The notes under the pieces were generated by a model. That model was not told where the DNA came from and ran no database searches. It saw only the letters and a program-made list of their open reading frames with translations. Shown here in pieces: positions 60,714 to 64,000 of a DNA stretch of 64,000 bases. The stretch is from Acidobacteriota bacterium. Its GTDB lineage: Bacteria > Acidobacteriota > UBA6911 > RPQK01 > JADFOI01. Each line of letters starts with the position of its first letter. The first letter of the stretch is position 1. Position numbers and translations under genes: made by a program. The stretch covers positions 1,984,001-2,048,000 of the forward strand of contig OY760074.1 in the NCBI GenBank assembly GCA_963663035.1, read 5' to 3'.

Positions 60714-62219
60714 ATGCCAAATGAAACTCTTCGAAAATACCCCCTGGCGCCGACGGTACGCCGGGAATTCCTCAAGAAGGCTTCGATGACAGCTCTTCTC
60801 CTGGGTTACCGCCCACAGAGTGTCCTGGGGCAGGCAGAGCCGACCTCGCTGGTGGTCCGAGGCGGGCTGATAGTGACCGCTGAACGGCAGTTTCCTGCTG
60901 ACATTCGCGTCCGCGGAGGAAAGATAGACCAGATCCGCCCCAATCTTCCTCCGCTGTCTTCCGGGACTGAGCGCGTGGTGGAGGCCGGCGGTATGCTGGT
61001 TCTTCCCGGAGGCATTGACCCGCACACTCACCTGCCTGGCGGTGCCGACGACCTCACCAGCGGCTCGGCAACGGCCCTGGCGGGTGGGATCACCACTATC
61101 GGAAATATGACCTTTCCGAGCACCGGGGAAGATGTGGTGGCCGCTGTCAACCGGGTTTCTTCACTGGTCGAGGAGCAGGCAATGGTCGACGTCATGTTGC
61201 ACCCGGGACTGCGCGCATTTGCTGACAGTGCACCCCGTCAGTTGGCGGATCAGTTTGCTGCCGGTCACACCAGCATGAAAGTGCAGATGCATCGGCCCAG
61301 CTTCGATCAGAAGGCGCTGGAGTTTCTCAACTTGATTCGAAGCACGGGTGAAGCGGGAGCGCTGACCATGATTCATTGCGAAGACTACGCAATCGTCAAC
61401 CAGGCCACGGACGCCCTGATGGCAGCCGGTCGAACTTCGGCTCTCTACTGGGGACAGAGCCGGCCTGTACTGGCCGAAGCCGTAGCGGTACAGCGGGCCG
61501 TAGCCATCAGCGAGCACACCGGTTCGCCCATCTATGTGGTTCATCTTTCATCGGGACGGGCTCTGGAGATCTGCCGGGAAGCTCGGGAAAGAGGCCTTCC
61601 CATTTACGTGGAAACCCGACCGACCTATTTGCATCTCACAGAAGATCTGTATGGCACACGGACTCCGGGCCTCTATATCGCCTCGCCGCCGCTGCGCTCC
61701 CCCCAGGACGTGGAGGCGATGTGGCGCGGACTGACGGACGGGCATATCGATACCCTGGGAAGCGATCATAGCGCCTTGATGCGCGCCGAAAAAGCGAACC
61801 CGGATTTGACTCTGAAGACACTCCGTCCAGGTTTCAGCAACCTGGAGGTGATGCTTCCGATGCTGCATTCAGACGGCGTGCTGACCGGAAGGATCTCGCT
61901 GGAGCGTTTCGTCGCCATCACTTCCACGCAGCCAGCACGTCTTTTTGGCCTTTTTCCGACAAAAGGCGTCATCGCAGAGGGCTCTGATGCCGACCTGGTA
62001 CTGTGGAATCCCGCTGAAACGCGGACCATCCATGCGGCCGACCTGCAGTCCCGCTGCGACTTTTCACCCTACGAGGGTCGCCAAATCACCGGCTGGCCTC
62101 AGATGACGATCCGACGCGGGGAAGTCGTCTATGAGAGAGGTCAGGTTTCTGCCCAGGCGGGCAGCGGGCGCATTCTGAGGCGCGGGCCAACTCAGCCTCT
62201 GACGGGAGTTTCCGGCTAG
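60714..62219 (+). CDS. Tat-exported dihydropyrimidinase/hydantoinase-like cyclic amidohydrolase
   Basis: RREFLK Tat motif; PGGIDPHTH, SMK, HCED, VVHLS, SPPLR, GSDH. Confidence 0.88.
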   Translation: MPNETLRKYPLAPTVRREFLKKASMTALLLGYRPQSVLGQAEPTSLVVRGGLIVTAERQFPADIRVRGGKIDQIRPNLPPLSSGTERVVEAGGMLVLPGGIDPHTHLPGGADDLTSGSATALAGGITTIGNMTFPSTGEDVVAAVNRVSSLVEEQAMVDVMLHPGLRAFADSAPRQLADQFAAGHTSMKVQMHRPSFDQKALEFLNLIRSTGEAGALTMIHCEDYAIVNQATDALMAAGRTSALYWGQSRPVLAEAVAVQRAVAISEHTGSPIYVVHLSSGRALEICREARERGLPIYVETRPTYLHLTEDLYGTRTPGLYIASPPLRSPQDVEAMWRGLTDGHIDTLGSDHSALMRAEKANPDLTLKTLRPGFSNLEVMLPMLHSDGVLTGRISLERFVAITSTQPARLFGLFPTKGVIAEGSDADLVLWNPAETRTIHAADLQSRCDFSPYEGRQITGWPQMTIRRGEVVYERGQVSAQAGSGRILRRGPTQPLTGVSG

Positions 62220-62309
62220 CCTGGAGTATGAAAGAAAGTTAAAGCGAGTCGATTCGAAAGAGCCAGACCCGAGCGATGCAGATGAACTGAAGCTAGGGTG
62301 CCTCTAATC

Positions 62310-64000
62310 TTATCGGCCGGCCACGATTCTGCGAATGGTCACCTTATCCAAGGCAGGACTCTTCACCGGATCATTCCCCTGAACGACGGCTACAACGTCA
62401 CTGTCCGTAAAGAGCTTCCTGACATCTGGAGGAATCCCATCAGGCTCCGGTTCGCTTCCTATCTTTTCTACCATCTCAGGATGATCGGTCAGATAATCGG
62501 CCAGAACCGGCCATCTCAACTCCATGAGGGTCCACAACACCAACGGCTCTCTTTCAATGTCGCAGTCTCCCAGTAGAGCGATAGCTTTCCTCAACGCATA
62601 AGCATTGACAAATCTCTTCATGGCGCGAGGATTGGGTTCTAACAAATCGACAAAGGGCTGCAAAAGGTGCTCGGTTTCTTTCCGAGCAGCAGGTTTCATG
62701 ACTCGCTTGGCGGCAACCCCAAGCATGGCCTGCTTGACGAGCAGGTCACCTCGATACTCCCGAATCTTCCACATGAGCGCATCTTCGTCCTTCTCCTTGC
62801 CAATGATTCTTGCGGCTTCCTTCTCGGCACTACGAAGGGCAGCTTTGGCTGCTTTAGGGTTCTGGGACTCCCTGATTCGGAGGAGATGATCCCAATATTG
62901 TCTCTGGGTCGTAACCGCCATCTGCGGTACCGGAGCAGAGATTTGGAACATCTTTGCAAGGAATAAATCGGACAGAGAGCGTCCCACACCGCCGATCGAC
63001 CCCTTGTACTCTTGATATGAATGTTCATAACTTGCTCGGAGCCACTTCCGGTCCGCGGCAACGACAAACACGACGTTCGAGTCGTGAAAAAGGGTCTGAA
63101 TGCCCTGCAAGAGCTCTACAACATAGCTCCCATGGCAACGGTCAAGGTCGTCAATAAAAACGGCGAATGGCTGGCAGGCACCTTGAACCATCTTCCTGAA
63201 ATGCCGGACAATGACCGCCACGGGATCGCGGTGATGTTCCATAAAGATCTTTGCCGAGCGTCTTGACCCCATCAGTAGAAAGCGACCGAGCAGGACACCC
63301 AGACCCCAGAGCGTCATCAAGCCGGCCAGGGTCCTGAGTATGATCTCAGCACTTGTTCCCACGGCCATTCCCGTGGTGAACCAGATCGCCCAGAGAATCA
63401 GGGCTCCCATCAGAATGTGATGAGCCCGACCGGCTTGGAAGCGCCACAAGCGGTCGCTGATCATGAGCCGAAACGAGCGCCACAGGCTAATCTTTCTGAG
63501 TTCGCGGTGTCTTTTTCGGTAGATCGCGTTGAGCAGAGCCCACCAGGACGGGCCAATCTGCTGATGGCGCCAGGCGTTGAAATCAACCACCAGCCACTTT
63601 TTGCCCACCGCACCGGAACTCAGCTCCTGACGCAGGAAGTTGAGCACGGAAGTCTTTCCGGAACCCCAGGGTCCGTGGATCAACACCCCGAAAGCGTCCC
63701 CGGGCACCTCTTCAGTCCTGCCAGTGACAGTCCCTTTTGCTTTGCGCCTGGCCCAGACCTCGTGAATTCGTGCCGCCAGAATTTGGGCAAAGGGCCTTCC
63801 CCCCAGCTCGTCGATCTCCGTCGGGTCATCCGAGAGTGTGGGTACGGCGTCAGTGGGAGCTCCTGGCGATCTGCCCGGTTCCATGAACTCCTTTGGCTTG
63901 GCCGTTTCGGGGATTGGGGCCGGTGGGGGCTCTTCAGGTGGCTCGGCCGGCTCGCGGATTGGGGCAGCTGGGGGCTCTTCAGGTAGCTCGGCTGTCTCGC
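62310..64000 (-). CDS. KAP-family P-loop NTPase (5' end outside window)
   Basis: GPWGSGKTS, FNAW, two TM segments, FIDDLDRC, NPRAMKR. The frame stays open to the window edge through Pro/Glu-rich 15-aa repeats. Confidence 0.88.
   Translation of the reverse strand, partial: ETAELPEEPPAAPIREPAEPPEEPPPAPIPETAKPKEFMEPGRSPGAPTDAVPTLSDDPTEIDELGGRPFAQILAARIHEVWARRKAKGTVTGRTEEVPGDAFGVLIHGPWGSGKTSVLNFLRQELSSGAVGKKWLVVDFNAWRHQQIGPSWWALLNAIYRKRHRELRKISLWRSFRLMISDRLWRFQAGRAHHILMGALILWAIWFTTGMAVGTSAEIILRTLAGLMTLWGLGVLLGRFLLMGSRRSAKIFMEHHRDPVAVIVRHFRKMVQGACQPFAVFIDDLDRCHGSYVVELLQGIQTLFHDSNVVFVVAADRKWLRASYEHSYQEYKGSIGGVGRSLSDLFLAKMFQISAPVPQMAVTTQRQYWDHLLRIRESQNPKAAKAALRSAEKEAARIIGKEKDEDALMWKIREYRGDLLVKQAMLGVAAKRVMKPAARKETEHLLQPFVDLLEPNPRAMKRFVNAYALRKAIALLGDCDIEREPLVLWTLMELRWPVLADYLTDHPEMVEKIGSEPEPDGIPPDVRKLFTDSDVVAVVQGNDPVKSPALDKVTIRRIVAGR

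Overview
Accessory, IS-riddled bacterial chromosomal region; the kinase and amidohydrolase repertoire suggests an Acidobacteriota-like host (inference). From left to right it holds: the start of a probable sulfated-polysaccharide operon (36-aa mini HU/IHF, sat-cysC, epimerase, CpsB phosphatase); an IS1380 element and three MITEs sharing its ends; a pair of COG1233 flavoproteins, a SagB-like protein and an amidohydrolase; a divergent FHA-cyclase / PP2C / giant repeat Ser/Thr kinase signalling module; three apparently identical IS3 copies; a GT4/GH130 cluster; mreB, IS256, PPi-type Pfk, class I aldolase and a PQQ-type dehydrogenase; an ISNCY-like element, a frameshifted tyrosine integrase and tRNA-Arg(TCT); several exported enzymes including a tandem amidohydrolase duplication; and a KAP NTPase running off the end. 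The best-supported hidden structure is a 20.9-kb inversion between IS3 copies 1 and 3: the two halves of one di-heme cytochrome c lipoprotein gene lie 21 kb apart on opposite strands and rejoin in frame across a shared 4-bp target duplication. The most plausible undescribed system is the FHA-cyclase / PP2C / kinase module, whose kinase carries 29 alternating ~53-aa helical repeats. All calls come from reading motifs by eye; no searches were run.
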